Assembly: GCA_963575745.1 (NCBI GenBank)
Contig: CAUYUJ010000015.1
Coordinates: 124,001 to 188,000, forward strand
DNA: 64,000 nucleotides
Source: Prorocentrum cordatum
Lineage: Eukaryota
Direction: 5' to 3'
In this document: one piece after another, positions 1-10,579 of the stretch
Layout: every line of letters begins with the position of its first letter
Numbering within the stretch: position 1 is the stretch's first letter
Notes under the pieces: model-generated
What the model was told of the DNA's origin: nothing
What the model saw: the letters and a program-made list of their open reading frames with translations, nothing else
Databases searched by the model: none
Translations under genes and position numbers: made by a program

Positions 1-265
1 CCCCTTTGAAAGGGCGGGGGCTTCGGAAGCTACCCCCCCCCCCTCCCTTTTCCTGGCCGGAAAGGGGGGAGGGGGCTTCCAAGCTACCCCCCCCCCTCCC
101 TCCTTTTAATGGAGCTGGGGTGAGCCACACCCCCGCTTTGAAAGGGGGGGGCTTTGGAAGCCCCCCCCCCTCCCTCCCTTGGTGCAAAAGGGGGGGCTTG
201 AAGCCCCCCCCTCCCTTCCCCCCTTTGGCCGCCCAGCTCCCGGAGCCATCGCCCTCCCTTTCGCC
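1..265. repeat. C-run/G-run repeat block (AAGCTACCCCCCCC units); inverted counterpart at 3575-4130
   Basis: Repeated aagctacccccc/ttgaaaggggg motifs. ggccgcccagctcccggagcc (~227-247) is the reverse complement of ggctccgggggctgggcggcc (~3591-3610) with small differences. Confidence 0.7.
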
Positions 266-356
266 TCCATTTATTCCCGCCCCTCTCCCTCCTCCTCTTC
301 TTCCTTTTGCCTCCTCCTCTTCCTCGTCCTCCTCATCCTCCTCATAGTCATCATCG

Positions 357-445
<89 letters not shown>

Positions 446-940
446 GTACTCCCCCGCGGGTCCTTCCGTTCCGTTCCTCCTCCTCCTCCTCCTCGGTTTT
501 CTTCCTCCTCCTCCATTTTTCCCTCCTCCTCCTCCTCGTCTCCTCCTCATCATCATCCTCTTCCTCCTCCTCCTCCTCCTCGTTATCCTCCTTCCTTTCC
601 CCATCCTCCTCCTCCTCCTCCTCCTCCTCCTCCTCCTCCTCCCTCTCCTCCTCCTCCCCTCCTCCTCCTCCTCCTCCTCCTCCTCCTCCTCCTCCTCCTC
701 CTCCTCCTCCTCCTCCTCCTCCTCCTCCCTCCTCCTCCTCCCTCCCCCCTCCTCCTCCTCCTCCTCCTCCTCCTCCTCCTCCTCCTCCTCCTCCTCTTTC
801 CTCCTTCTCCTCCCCCCCCCCCCTCCTCATTCTTCCGCTCCTCCTCCTCCTCCTCCTCCCTCCTCCTCCTCCTCCTCCTCCTCCTCCTCCTCCTCCTCCT
901 CCTCCTCCGCCTCCCCCATCCTCCGCCTCCTCCTCCCCCA
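266..940. repeat. (CAT)n and (CCT)n microsatellite/low-complexity tract
   Basis: Directly visible; source of spurious poly-I/P/L/S ORFs. Confidence 0.95.
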
Positions 941-1137
941 GCTGGCCGCCGTCTTACACGAACACTGCCAAACCCGACGGGCTGGCGTTCTCCGAATTAC
1001 ACTTCGTGCAACTTTCGGGGGGGAATAGTATTTTCCCCAACCCTCCTTGGTTGGGTATTCGTTTTGAATAGAGCAGTGTGGTCTCCACTTCCTCCTTCCC
1101 GTCCCGTCTCCCTCTTGCCTCCTCCTGTCTTGCCTGC

Positions 1138-1856
1138 GGGGGCTGCGATCTGTGAAACTGTCGCCACTTTCGAAGCTTGCTGGGGGGCCCAGCACAGTGA
1201 CGCCACGGGCGGATCCAAATTAGACCTCGCCATCCCTGGGGGGCTGCGATCTGTGAAACTGTCGCCACTTTCGAGGCCTGCTGGGGGGCCCAGCACAGTG
1301 ACGCCACGGGCGGACCAAATTAGACCTCGCCATCCCTGGGGGGCTGCGATCTGTGAAACTGTCGCCACTTTCGAGGCCTGCTGGGGGGCCCAGCACAGTG
1401 ACGCCACGGCGGACCCAAATTAGACCTCGCCATCCCTGGGGGGCTGCGATCTGTGAAACTGTCGCCACTTTCGAGGCCTGCTGGGGGGCCCAGCACAGTG
1501 ACGCCACGGGCGGACCCAAATTAGACCTCGCCATCCCTGGGGGGCTGCGATCTGTGAAACTGTCGCCACTTTCGAGGCCTGCTGGGGGGCCCAGCACAGT
1601 GACGCCACGGGCGGACCCAAATTAGACCTCGCCATCCCTGGGGGGCTGCGATCTGTGAAACTGTCGCCACTTTCGAGGCCTGCTGGGGGGCCCAGCACAG
1701 TGACGCCACGCGCGGACCCAAATAGACCTCGCCATCCCTGGGGGGCTGCGATCTGTGAAACTGTCGCCACTTTCGAGGCCTGCTGGGGGGCCCAGCACAG
1801 TGACGCCACGCGCGGACCCAAATTAGACCTCGCCATCCCTGGGGGGCTGCGATCTG
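1138..1856. repeat. Tandem minisatellite, 100-101 bp unit, 7 full copies plus a partial
   Basis: gctgcgatctg recurs at 1142, 1243, 1343, 1443, 1544, 1645, 1745, 1846. Copies are nearly identical; each has the hairpin TGCTGGG-GGG-CCCAGCA. Confidence 0.97.
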
Positions 1857-2116
1857 AGATCCCCGCTTTCGAAGTGGCTAGGGTTGCTCAGGGATTGCAG
1901 CTAATTGCCATTATCTAGTCCTTGTCCTGAAGCCAGTGTCCTGCGAGTCTCCCGAATTCCGTCTGCAGACATATGTAACCCTCGCTCCGTCATCGCCCCC
2001 CTTATAAAGTGTCCTAAACTATTTGCGCCCCGCGTTTGCGCAGGGGTTGGGTACGTCGCCAGGGTAATTTTTTCGTTCCCGGGCGTTGGCACGGGACGAG
2101 TTGAATGATACATTTG

Positions 2117-2232
2117 CGTTGCAATCGATTGCAATCCATTGGATTGCAAACGATTCGATTGCAATCCATTGGATTGCAATCGATTGGATTGCAATCGGTT
2201 GAATTGCAATCGATTCAATCGATTGGATTGCA
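2117..2232. repeat. Short array of ATTGCAATCG-like self-complementary units
   Basis: gattgcaatcg/ttggattgcaatc repeated. Confidence 0.85.
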
Positions 2233-2280
2233 GGGGAGGGACAGGACGGAAGGGAGGGAGGGGAGGAGAGGGAGGGGAGG

Positions 2281-3405
2281 GAGGCAAGCTAGGTGCGCTC
2301 GCGTCAACATCTGACATCCTACCCCTCCCTCCCATCCCTTCCCATTGAGCTACTTCATTGTCCTCTCACCGAATCGGGCTTCGCATCTGACCCTGTTACC
2401 TAAGAGGGAAAGGAGGAGGACGACGGCGCGATGAAAACGAAGACGACGACGAAGACGACGACGACGACGACAACCACGACGACGACGACGACGGCGGCGA
2501 CGACGACGACGACGACGATGAGGACGACCGGCGACGAAGACGACGACGACGACGACGCGACCGCGCCGGAGCGGCACCCGCGCCAGCTGCCCGCTGCCGT
2601 TACGCGCGTCCCCCACCCGGATCTCAAATTTCTGCAGGGGTGAAAGGAGAGTAGCATTCATATTGGGTAATGGTAGAGTGGGTCCGATGTCAGAGTTGTG
2701 CAAATGCATTCATATTGAGTAATGGTAGAGGTAGAAATTGCCAATCGCGACAAAGACGCAGACGACGATGCAGGTGCATTCATATTGAGTAATGGTAGAG
2801 GTAGAAATTGCCAATCGCGACAAAGACGCAGACGACGACGGCGGCGGCGGCGAGGGAAGCGGCAGCGGGCGAGGACAGATCTCAGAGAAGAGGATTTTCA
2901 AAAACATAGATGAAAACCAAACTCCCGGGAATCCTGTGCGGAAAAGGACGCCGCCCAAAAGGGGGGGGGCTTTCTGCGGCCCCAAAAATCAACGAATCGA
3001 CACCGGATGTGTAATCACCTCCAATGTTTTTGCCGGGGATCATTTTCTAGATTTGGGGCTTCTTAAAAAGGATCGAAAACGTCGGCGCTGCAGCGGGAGC
3101 ACGTTTTGGAACAACGAGAGGCGCAGAAATTGGGCCAGCGCTGCAGCGGGAGCACGATTCGGAACGAGCGGGAGCGCGGAAATGAGGCCAGCGCTGCAGC
3201 GGGAATACGATTCGGAAGGAGCGGGAGCCTGAAAATTAGGCCAGCGCCTCAGCGAGAGCAGCATTTTAGAAAAAAAAACACAAGCGAAAACCCAACTCCG
3301 GGGAATCCTGTGTGTAAAAAAACAATACGCGGGGGGGTGCCGAACATCTTCCGGACGCCATCAGGGGAAGTGGGGGAGTAGTATTCATATTGTGTAATTG
3401 TAGAT
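2281..3405 (+). repeat. Dispersed non-coding repeat family (copy 1); inverted copy at 62312-63052
   Basis: caagctaggtgcgctcgcgtca...cctacccctccctcccatcccttcccat (2285-2345), gcgctgcagcgggagcacgattcgg units and ccggacgccatcaggggaag reappear reverse-complemented at 62.3-63.05 kb. Confidence 0.8.
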
Positions 3406-3574
3406 GGAACGAAGGGTGGGGAGGGAGGGGAGGGAGCGGAGGGAGGTGGGGAGGGGGATTGCAGTGGAATGGAGTGTAATCGATTGCAAGCGATTTGATT
3501 GGGATTTTCGATCGTCGATCGTTGATCGTCGATCGTCCATCCTCGATCGTGGGTCGTTCATTTTGGATCGTCGG

Positions 3575-4130
3575 CGAAAGGGAGGGCGGAGGCTCCGGGG
3601 GCTGGGCGGCCAAAGGGGGCCCAAGCCCCCCCCCCCTTTGGCACAAAGGGGGGGAGGGGGGTGGGAGCTTCCAGCAGGGCGGCTCCAAGGGGGGGGGGGG
3701 TAGCTTAAGCACCCCCCTCCCTTTGGAAAGGGGGGTAGCTTCCGGGGCGGCCAAAGGGGGGGGGGGTAGCTTCCAAGCACCCCCCCCCTTTGCACGAAAG
3801 GGGCTCCCGTTGGAAAGGGGGGTAGGGGGGGGTAGCTTCCGGGGCGGCCAAAGAGGGGGGGGGGTGGGTAGCTTCCAATCACCCCCCCCCCCTTTGCACG
3901 AAAGGGGGGGAGGGGGGGGGGTAGCTTCCAGCAGGGCGGCGCCAAGGGGGGGGGGGGTAGCTTAAGCACCCCCCCCCATTTGGAAAGGGGGGGAGGGGGG
4001 GGGTAGCTTCCAGGGAAAGCTCAAGGGGGGAGGGGGGGTTAGCTATAAGCCCCCCCCCCCTTGCAAAAAAAGGGGGAGGGGGGGGTGCTTCCAACAAGGG
4101 CGGCTCAAGGGAGGGGGGGTAGCTTAAGCC
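3575..4130. repeat. G-run repeat block (GGGGGGGGTAGCTT units), G-quadruplex-prone
   Basis: About ten gggggggtagctt motifs; reverse-complement family of 1-265. Confidence 0.8.
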
Positions 4131-4171
4131 TAGCCTCCCCTCCCCTTTGCTCGGGCCCTGTGGGCGCGCTC

Positions 4172-5376
4172 TCTCGATAGTGAGATCGATTGTGAGACCG
4201 CATGTGAGGCCGAATGTTGGATCGATAGTGAGATCGATAGTGAGGTCGATCGTGAAATTAATAGTGACACCGAAATTGAGATCGATTGTGAGATCGAATG
4301 TGAGATCGCATGTGGGATCGATAGTGAGATCGATTGTGAGATCGATAGTTAGATCGACTGTGAGATCAATAGTGAGACTGATTATGAGATCGATTGTTAG
4401 GTCGACTGTGAGACCGAATGTGACATCGATTGTGAGATTGATTGTGATATCGATCGTCAGTACCATAGTGAGACCGAATGTGAGATCGATAGTGAGATCG
4501 ATAGTGATATCGATAGTGAGATCGGTTGTGGGGTCGGCGGTAAGATCGATAGTGAGATCGATAGTGAGATCGATAGTGAGATCGATAGTGTGGTCGATAG
4601 TGAGATCGATTATGAGACCGAATGTGGGATCGATAGTGAGATCGATCGTGAGATCGATCGTGAGACCGAATGTGAGACCGAGTGTGCGATCGATGGTGAG
4701 ATCGATCGTGACATGGAATGTGAGTTCGACAGTGGTATCGATAGTGAGATCGACTCAATCAGATCGATAATGAGATCGGTTGTGAGACCGAGTGTGACAT
4801 CGATAGTGATATCGATAGTGAGATCGATCGAGTGATATCGATAGTGATCTGGATAGTGGGATCGATCGCGAGATGTATTGAGTGACGCGATGGTTCCTCC
4901 TCCCCCCTCACCTCCTTATCACCCGAAGGGTGTTCGTATACGTATATATCGGAGGTGAGGGGGTGAGATCGAAGTGGAACGGGGAGCCCCCCCCACCGGG
5001 AAATCGGTTTCGGTTTCGTGTTCGTGTCGTGCGTGCGGGCGAGGCGGAGTTGCGTGGGCGGGCGAGAGGAATTCACCCTGCTGTCGCTAGGGGTCCGCCA
5101 ACACAAATGTTTCCCCCCCCGGTCTTGTCAAGCGGGGGCCCGCATTGTCCCGTCGGTGGCTCGCCGTTGTCCCGTCGGTGTCCCGTCGGTGTCCTGTCGT
5201 GAGATCGATAGTGAGATCGACTTTGAGACCGATCGTGAGATCGATTGTGAGATCGATCGTGAGATCGATAGTGAGATCGATAGTGAGACCGAATGTGAGA
5301 TCGATTGTGAGATCGATTGTGAGATCGATTGAGATCGATAGTGAGACCGAATGTGAGATCGATAGTGAGTTCGATA

Positions 5377-5418
<42 letters not shown>

Positions 5419-6135
5419 AACATATTTCGTGAGATCCATGGTCTGATAGTGGGATCGATCGTGAGATCGATGGTGAGATCGATAGAGATCGATTGCGAGA
5501 CCGAATGTGAGACCGAATGTTGGATCGATAGTGAGATCGATAGTGAGATCGATCGTGAAATCGATAGTGACACCGAAAGTGAGATTGATTGTGAGATCGA
5601 ATGTGAGATCGATAGTGGGATCGATAGTGAGATCGATAGTGAGACCGATTGTGATATCGATTGGAAGATCGATAGTGAGACCGATTGTGAGATCGATTGT
5701 GAGATTGATTGTGATATCGATCGTCAGTTCCATAGTTAGACCGAGTGTGAGATCGATAGTGAGATCGATAGTGAGATCGATAGTGAGATCGATTGTGGGG
5801 TCGATTGTGAGATCGATTGTGAGATCGATTGTGAGATCGATAGTGCGGTCGATAGTGATATCGATTCTGAGACCGAATGTGGGTCTAATGGTGACATCGA
5901 TAGTGAGATCGATAGTGAGACCGAATGTGAGACCGAGTGCGCGACCGATTGTGCGATCGATAGTGAAATGGAATGTAAGATCGACAGTGATATCGATAGT
6001 GAGATCGACTGAATCAGATGGATAATGATATCGGTTGTGCGACCGATTGTGATATCGATAGTGGGATCGATAGTGAGATCGATCGAGTGATATCGATCGT
6101 GGGATCGATAGTGGGATCGATCGCGAGATGTATTG
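4172..6135. repeat. 12-bp GTGAGATCGAT(A/T) satellite in two blocks separated by a ~300 bp module
   Basis: Visible 12-mer periodicity. Both blocks end in gatcgcgagatgtattgagtgacgcg.tggttcctcctccccctcacctccttatc.cccgaagggtg (~4864-4932, ~6119-6187). Confidence 0.95.
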
Positions 6136-6196
6136 AGTGACGCGTTGGTTCCTCCTCCCCCCTCACCTCCTTATCGCCCGAAGGGTGGTCGTATAG

Positions 6197-6447
6197 GTGT
6201 ATATATATATGTATATATATACATATGTATGTGTGTGTGTGTGTCTGTTCTTGTGTCTGCTTGTTTGTCTGTCTGTATGTCTGTCTGCCTGTATGTCTGT
6301 CTGTGTGGCTGTCTGTGTGTCAGTGCGTGTCTGTGTGTGTGTCAGTGTGTATGTATGTTTGTGTGTGTGTGTGTCTGTGTGTGTCTGTGTGTGTGTGTCT
6401 GCGTGTGTCTGTGTGTGCCTGTGTGTTTCCCTGCGTCTTCGTGTATG
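6197..6447. repeat. TA/TG-rich microsatellite, left flank of the YR element
   Basis: Degenerate (TG)n/(TCTG)n. Confidence 0.9.
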
Positions 6448-6953
6448 TTTGTGGTGCACACAAAATCGTAGGTTGTGCGTGAGGCACAAGTTGTAAGGCC
6501 GACGGCCGACGAACTGCTCGCAGTTCCCAGGGTCTTGGGGGGGCGCGTGCTGGTGGAGGGGTCTCGGCGGGAGCTGGCAGAAGCGTGGGGTCTCGGCGGG
6601 AGCTGGCGGAAGCACGTGACTCTGGCCATTTCCACTGCTGGTGATGCGGTTCTTTCAGGTGCCCCAGAATTTTTAAAAAAAAACTAAGAAAGTAAACCTG
6701 GGCTGTTTGCATGAAGATTTCCATTGACACAAATTCTTCGGACCCTGTTTGCGTCAAGATTTCCATTGACACAAATTCTGATGGTTTCTGCAGCAGTGAC
6801 ATGTCGTGAAGCAAGGGTGTCCGTGTTGGCTTCCGCAACAGTTGAGGTCGTAAAGCAAGAGTGTCCGAAATGGCTTCCGTAGCAGTTGAGGGGGCTGGGT
6901 AGCAGAGGAACATCCTGTTGCCATTTTGGCTCAAGTGCCGCGGATTCCGATCC
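6448..6953 (+). repeat. Split direct repeat A1
   Basis: tttgtggtgca...gccgcggattccgatcc matches 12912-13378. A1 has an extra duplicate of aagatttccattgacacaaattct. Confidence 0.95.
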
Positions 6954-7002
6954 GCTAGTTTTGATCCCCCATCTCAGGTACGCTTCTACACTCTGGTGCA
7001 CC

Positions 7003-8349
7003 ATGGAGGCCTTCGTCGGCGCCGTGGGCGACGTCCCGCTGCTGTCGGAGGTGCAGAAGTCCGTGACGGATGTGCTCACCGGTGCAGGCTTCGCATTGCC
7101 TGATTACTTGCCAGGCACACCCGCTGCAACAGTCGATACTTTGATCGGCACGTTGCAGGGTCCGGTAGGAGGCTTGCTGAAGAGGACGTTCGAACGGGCC
7201 GATGACGTGGCCACGGCAAAACGTGTCAAAGCCGTGGCCGTCTCGCCGCCTGGTGCACAGCCAGGCTTGGGCGGAGCGTTGGCTGCGTCGCACCCTGTCC
7301 CTGGCCCACTTACTGGGTCGCTGGTGGGCCTTCTTGGGCCCGATGCATCAGCGGGGGCAGTGGCGCGTGCCCTCACTGCTGGCGCCGCGTCAGTTGACAT
7401 GGACGCCAAGCGGAAGGCACTGAAGCTGGAGGGCCTCCCGTTCCAGCTGCGCGCGCAGCCGTCCTTGTTCCAGCTCTTGGCTGCGGATGGCAAAGCGGCT
7501 GAAGGGGCGACCCCACCGCGCACAGCGTTCACATATGTGGACTTGACCCACAAGGATTTGCTTCCCTTGTGGATGAGCGCGGAGGCCATCGGCGGCCATA
7601 CTCCGAGGCCGGGGGAGTTTGAGTGGGACCCCAATGCGGATACCATTTCCCTCGGCGCCCTCGGCAGGGCGTTCAAGGATGTCCTCGAAAACCCCCGCTA
7701 TTTTCGCAGCGTGGTGCAGTGGAACGCAGTGTGGTTCCGCTACGCACCTGTGGCCGTTGCGATGGGGCAGATGACGTGGCCGATTGTGTTGTCCCACGCC
7801 GACCATATGTACAAGCTCGCCGAAACTGAACGCCACCCAGGGAATGGCCCTGCAGTAGTCTTCGTCTACGACGAGCTGCTCCGGCGGTCGCTGGCCACCC
7901 GCGCTGAGTGGGCGGACCCGTCGTTGGATCTCGCCGCTGCGTTCGGCGAGACGGACAAGCAGATCCTGGAGGCGGCGCGGTCCAGGCTCCACCAGGCGGG
8001 CCTGGTGCGTCAGGCTCCAGGGGCTGGGAGGTCAAGTGGGTCAACCGCATTTTCGAATGAGGCGAACAGCAGGGCCATAGAGGCAGCCGATGCTGATCGC
8101 ACGGTTGCGCGCGCAGCGCAAGCTGCGAAGGAACTGGCAAAACAGCATGCTAACCTGGAGGCGCCCATGGCGGCCATGGCGGCCAGCAAAGGCCCCAAGG
8201 GCAAGGGCGCCGCCAACAGCCAGGACGCGCGCCAGGGCAAGACGAGTAAGCAGTTGAAGTCGGAGAGATTCTTCGAGAAGCAGCGCCAGAAAGCGAACTA
8301 CAGGAGGTGGGGCAAGGATCGGGGCGGGGAGCCCCGTGCGGGTTGGTAG
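7003..8349 (+). CDS. Gag-like ORF1 of the YR retrotransposon
   Basis: Open from ATG 7003 (MEAFVGAV...), GC3-rich, helical core (VFVYDELLRRSLA), basic C-terminus; ORF1 position in the element. Confidence 0.75.
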   Translation: MEAFVGAVGDVPLLSEVQKSVTDVLTGAGFALPDYLPGTPAATVDTLIGTLQGPVGGLLKRTFERADDVATAKRVKAVAVSPPGAQPGLGGALAASHPVPGPLTGSLVGLLGPDASAGAVARALTAGAASVDMDAKRKALKLEGLPFQLRAQPSLFQLLAADGKAAEGATPPRTAFTYVDLTHKDLLPLWMSAEAIGGHTPRPGEFEWDPNADTISLGALGRAFKDVLENPRYFRSVVQWNAVWFRYAPVAVAMGQMTWPIVLSHADHMYKLAETERHPGNGPAVVFVYDELLRRSLATRAEWADPSLDLAAAFGETDKQILEAARSRLHQAGLVRQAPGAGRSSGSTAFSNEANSRAIEAADADRTVARAAQAAKELAKQHANLEAPMAAMAASKGPKGKGAANSQDARQGKTSKQLKSERFFEKQRQKANYRRWGKDRGGEPRAGW

Positions 8350-8442
8350 GGGTTCGAGGGGGCCCGGGATGACGGGGGCATCGCCGGGCTGGCCCTCCCT
8401 GCCTGTCTGCAGGCACCCCCGAACCCCCGCAGTGGTCTTCAA

Positions 8443-10494
8443 GTGAAAGGCGCAGCTTGTCTGGAGTCCTGCTCGCCCTTCGTGCTGGACGCGGGCTCCA
8501 GCGCGGTCGCGGCGGCGCGCGCTGGGCGAGGCAAAGTGCGCGTGCAGCAGACTTCCGGTCCTGGTGCCGCGCCGCACGGCTTGGGGGCCCCAGCGGGGTT
8601 CGACCCGATGCAGCATGTCGTCTGGGCCCTCAAGCAGCGACACCCTTTTCATGGACTCAGTTGCTGCGTTGGACCACCGCTTGGAGAAAGCGGCGCGGGC
8701 GGCGGCTGCTACGACGCCCGCCCAGTTGTACGGGCTACGGCGCGTGAGGCTGGAACACTGGGCGCTCCGCGCGCTGCAGTTGCAGGGCGAGCGGGCGCAA
8801 TGGCTCGGAGATGCGCCGGCTCATCTCCAGAAGATGCTGGCCGGCATCCATGGCCCGCTCGTTCGGGAGATGTGCGCGCATTGTGCGCGTGATTTGGCGC
8901 TGACCGACGATTTGTAGAAGGGTCTCCAGTTCGTCGGTGCCCCCCCTGCTTGCCCAGACTTCTGCAGGCCAGGCGGAGAGCAGCTATGTACTCTCACTGT
9001 CGCCGAGCTGCGGGCCCAGCGCTCGGAACGGAACAACTTCGTTATCTCGAAGATCAAGCCGTCCGAGTGGTACGGTGACCTCTGGGCACTCACAGTGGCA
9101 GACGCAAGCGCCGGGTACATGACGACGCCGCAGCTGCTTCAGGAGGTGGACCTCGCCACGGCGTCTGTGACTCGGCGCCTGCCAGTGCGCGAGGAGACGC
9201 CAAAGGGCTGGCGCGCGCGGCCAGTCGACGATTTCACCGAGTCGGGGGTCAATCCGGCGACGAGGCCCCGCGATGCCATCGAGCACGAGACGGTGGACCT
9301 TTTCCTCGCGTTGCTCCCCCTGTGCTTGTCCCTTGGCATGGGCCCGCTGATGTGGAAGAGGGGCGTCGCGCAGGCTTTCAGGACAGTCCCTCTCCGATCA
9401 GATTCGCTCGATCTGGCGTGGGTGGCGTTCGCCCGCGCGGGGCACTTATGGGCTTCGCAGCGCAGGGCAATGCCATTTGGGTCCACTTCGGCCAACTATG
9501 GGTGGCACCGGGTTGGCAGCTTGCTCAAAGCCGCCATGGTGTTCGACTTTTTCGCGCCTGCGCGCAGGTACGTCGACGACTTCTTCGGGTGCGACCCGCG
9601 CGACTGCAAGGTCACAGGCGGCGCGTGCCTGGCGGTGATCTGCGGGCCCCTGGGCTTCGAGACGGACCCCTCGAAGGACAGCCACCAAACTGAGTGTCTG
9701 ACTGCATTGGGTGCTCAGGTGGCTTTGAACGTCGCATGCTTATCTGTGTCAGCTGCCGTGGACGCGACCAAGGCGGCACGGTGGAGTGCGGAGCTGTCCC
9801 AGATGCGGGAATCCCGGCGCTGCAGTCCAGACGTTGCTGCCCGGTACGCCGGCAGGCTGGCCTTTGCATGCGTTTTGGCATCAGGGAAGGTGGGGCGCGC
9901 CCTCGTAAAGCCGTTCCACGCTCAGGCGAACGCCCCTCTGCCGGGGTTTTCCGTGTCGCCGCTCCTGGAGAACGCGGCCGCGTGGTGGGTGAAGTACCTG
10001 GCCCTACGGCCACCCGCCCAGTTATCGGTGGGCCTCGCTGTCCGCGACACTGCGTGGGCGTGGGCGGACGCCAGTGGCGAGGGCGGTTGTTTGGGGGTTG
10101 TCGCATTCGTGTGCGGCCAGTGGCACTGCGCCCTCATGGACGCCCCCGCCGTGGTCATGGGCCAGCTGCTCACGAGGGGCGACGACCAGATCAACTTCCT
10201 CGAGATGCTCGCGGTGGCCCTCTTCGCGCACGTGTTCGCCGAGCTGGTGCGCTCGGGAGTCTCATCAAAGGCAGTTCCAAGGCGCCCGAGGCGAACCTGC
10301 TGGCCGGCAGGCTGTGGCTGCATGCGGCCCAGTGGGCGTGGGCCCCATATTGGGTTCGCGTAGAGTCGGCTGCCAACATCGCTGACGGCCCATCTCGCCG
10401 CGAGCTCGGCCTGGCCAGGCGCCGGGGCGCGATCTGGGTAGAGCCATCGCTGCCTGCCGAGCTTGAGACCATTTGGTTTATGAATGTGGATTGA
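8443..10494 (+). pseudogene. Reverse transcriptase-RNase H of the YR element (disrupted)
   Basis: RPVDDFTES, WKRGVAQAFRTVP (motif A, D>G), AMPFGS, RYVDDFFG; RNaseH WADASG, INFLEMLAV, RVESAANIADGPSR. Frameshift ~8645, in-frame TAG 8915-8917, frameshift/deletion ~10255. Confidence 0.9.
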
Positions 10495-10579
10495 TTGCTT
10501 ATATAGAAAAGTGCGGTCGCTCCTTCCGCGCCTCCCCCCATATTGCCCCGGCGGCCCAGTGGCGCGTCGCCTGTAGTGG

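Noticed and set aside
179..1423. Long ORFs of poly-I/L/P/S/H
   Set aside because: Translations of (CAT)n/(CCT)n microsatellites.
1138..1856. CRISPR array
   Set aside because: Whole units repeat with no unique spacers; no cas genes; eukaryotic context.
4147..6025. RSIV/IDLT/EIDS repeat proteins
   Set aside because: Open in several frames because of the 12-bp satellite; no coding asymmetry.
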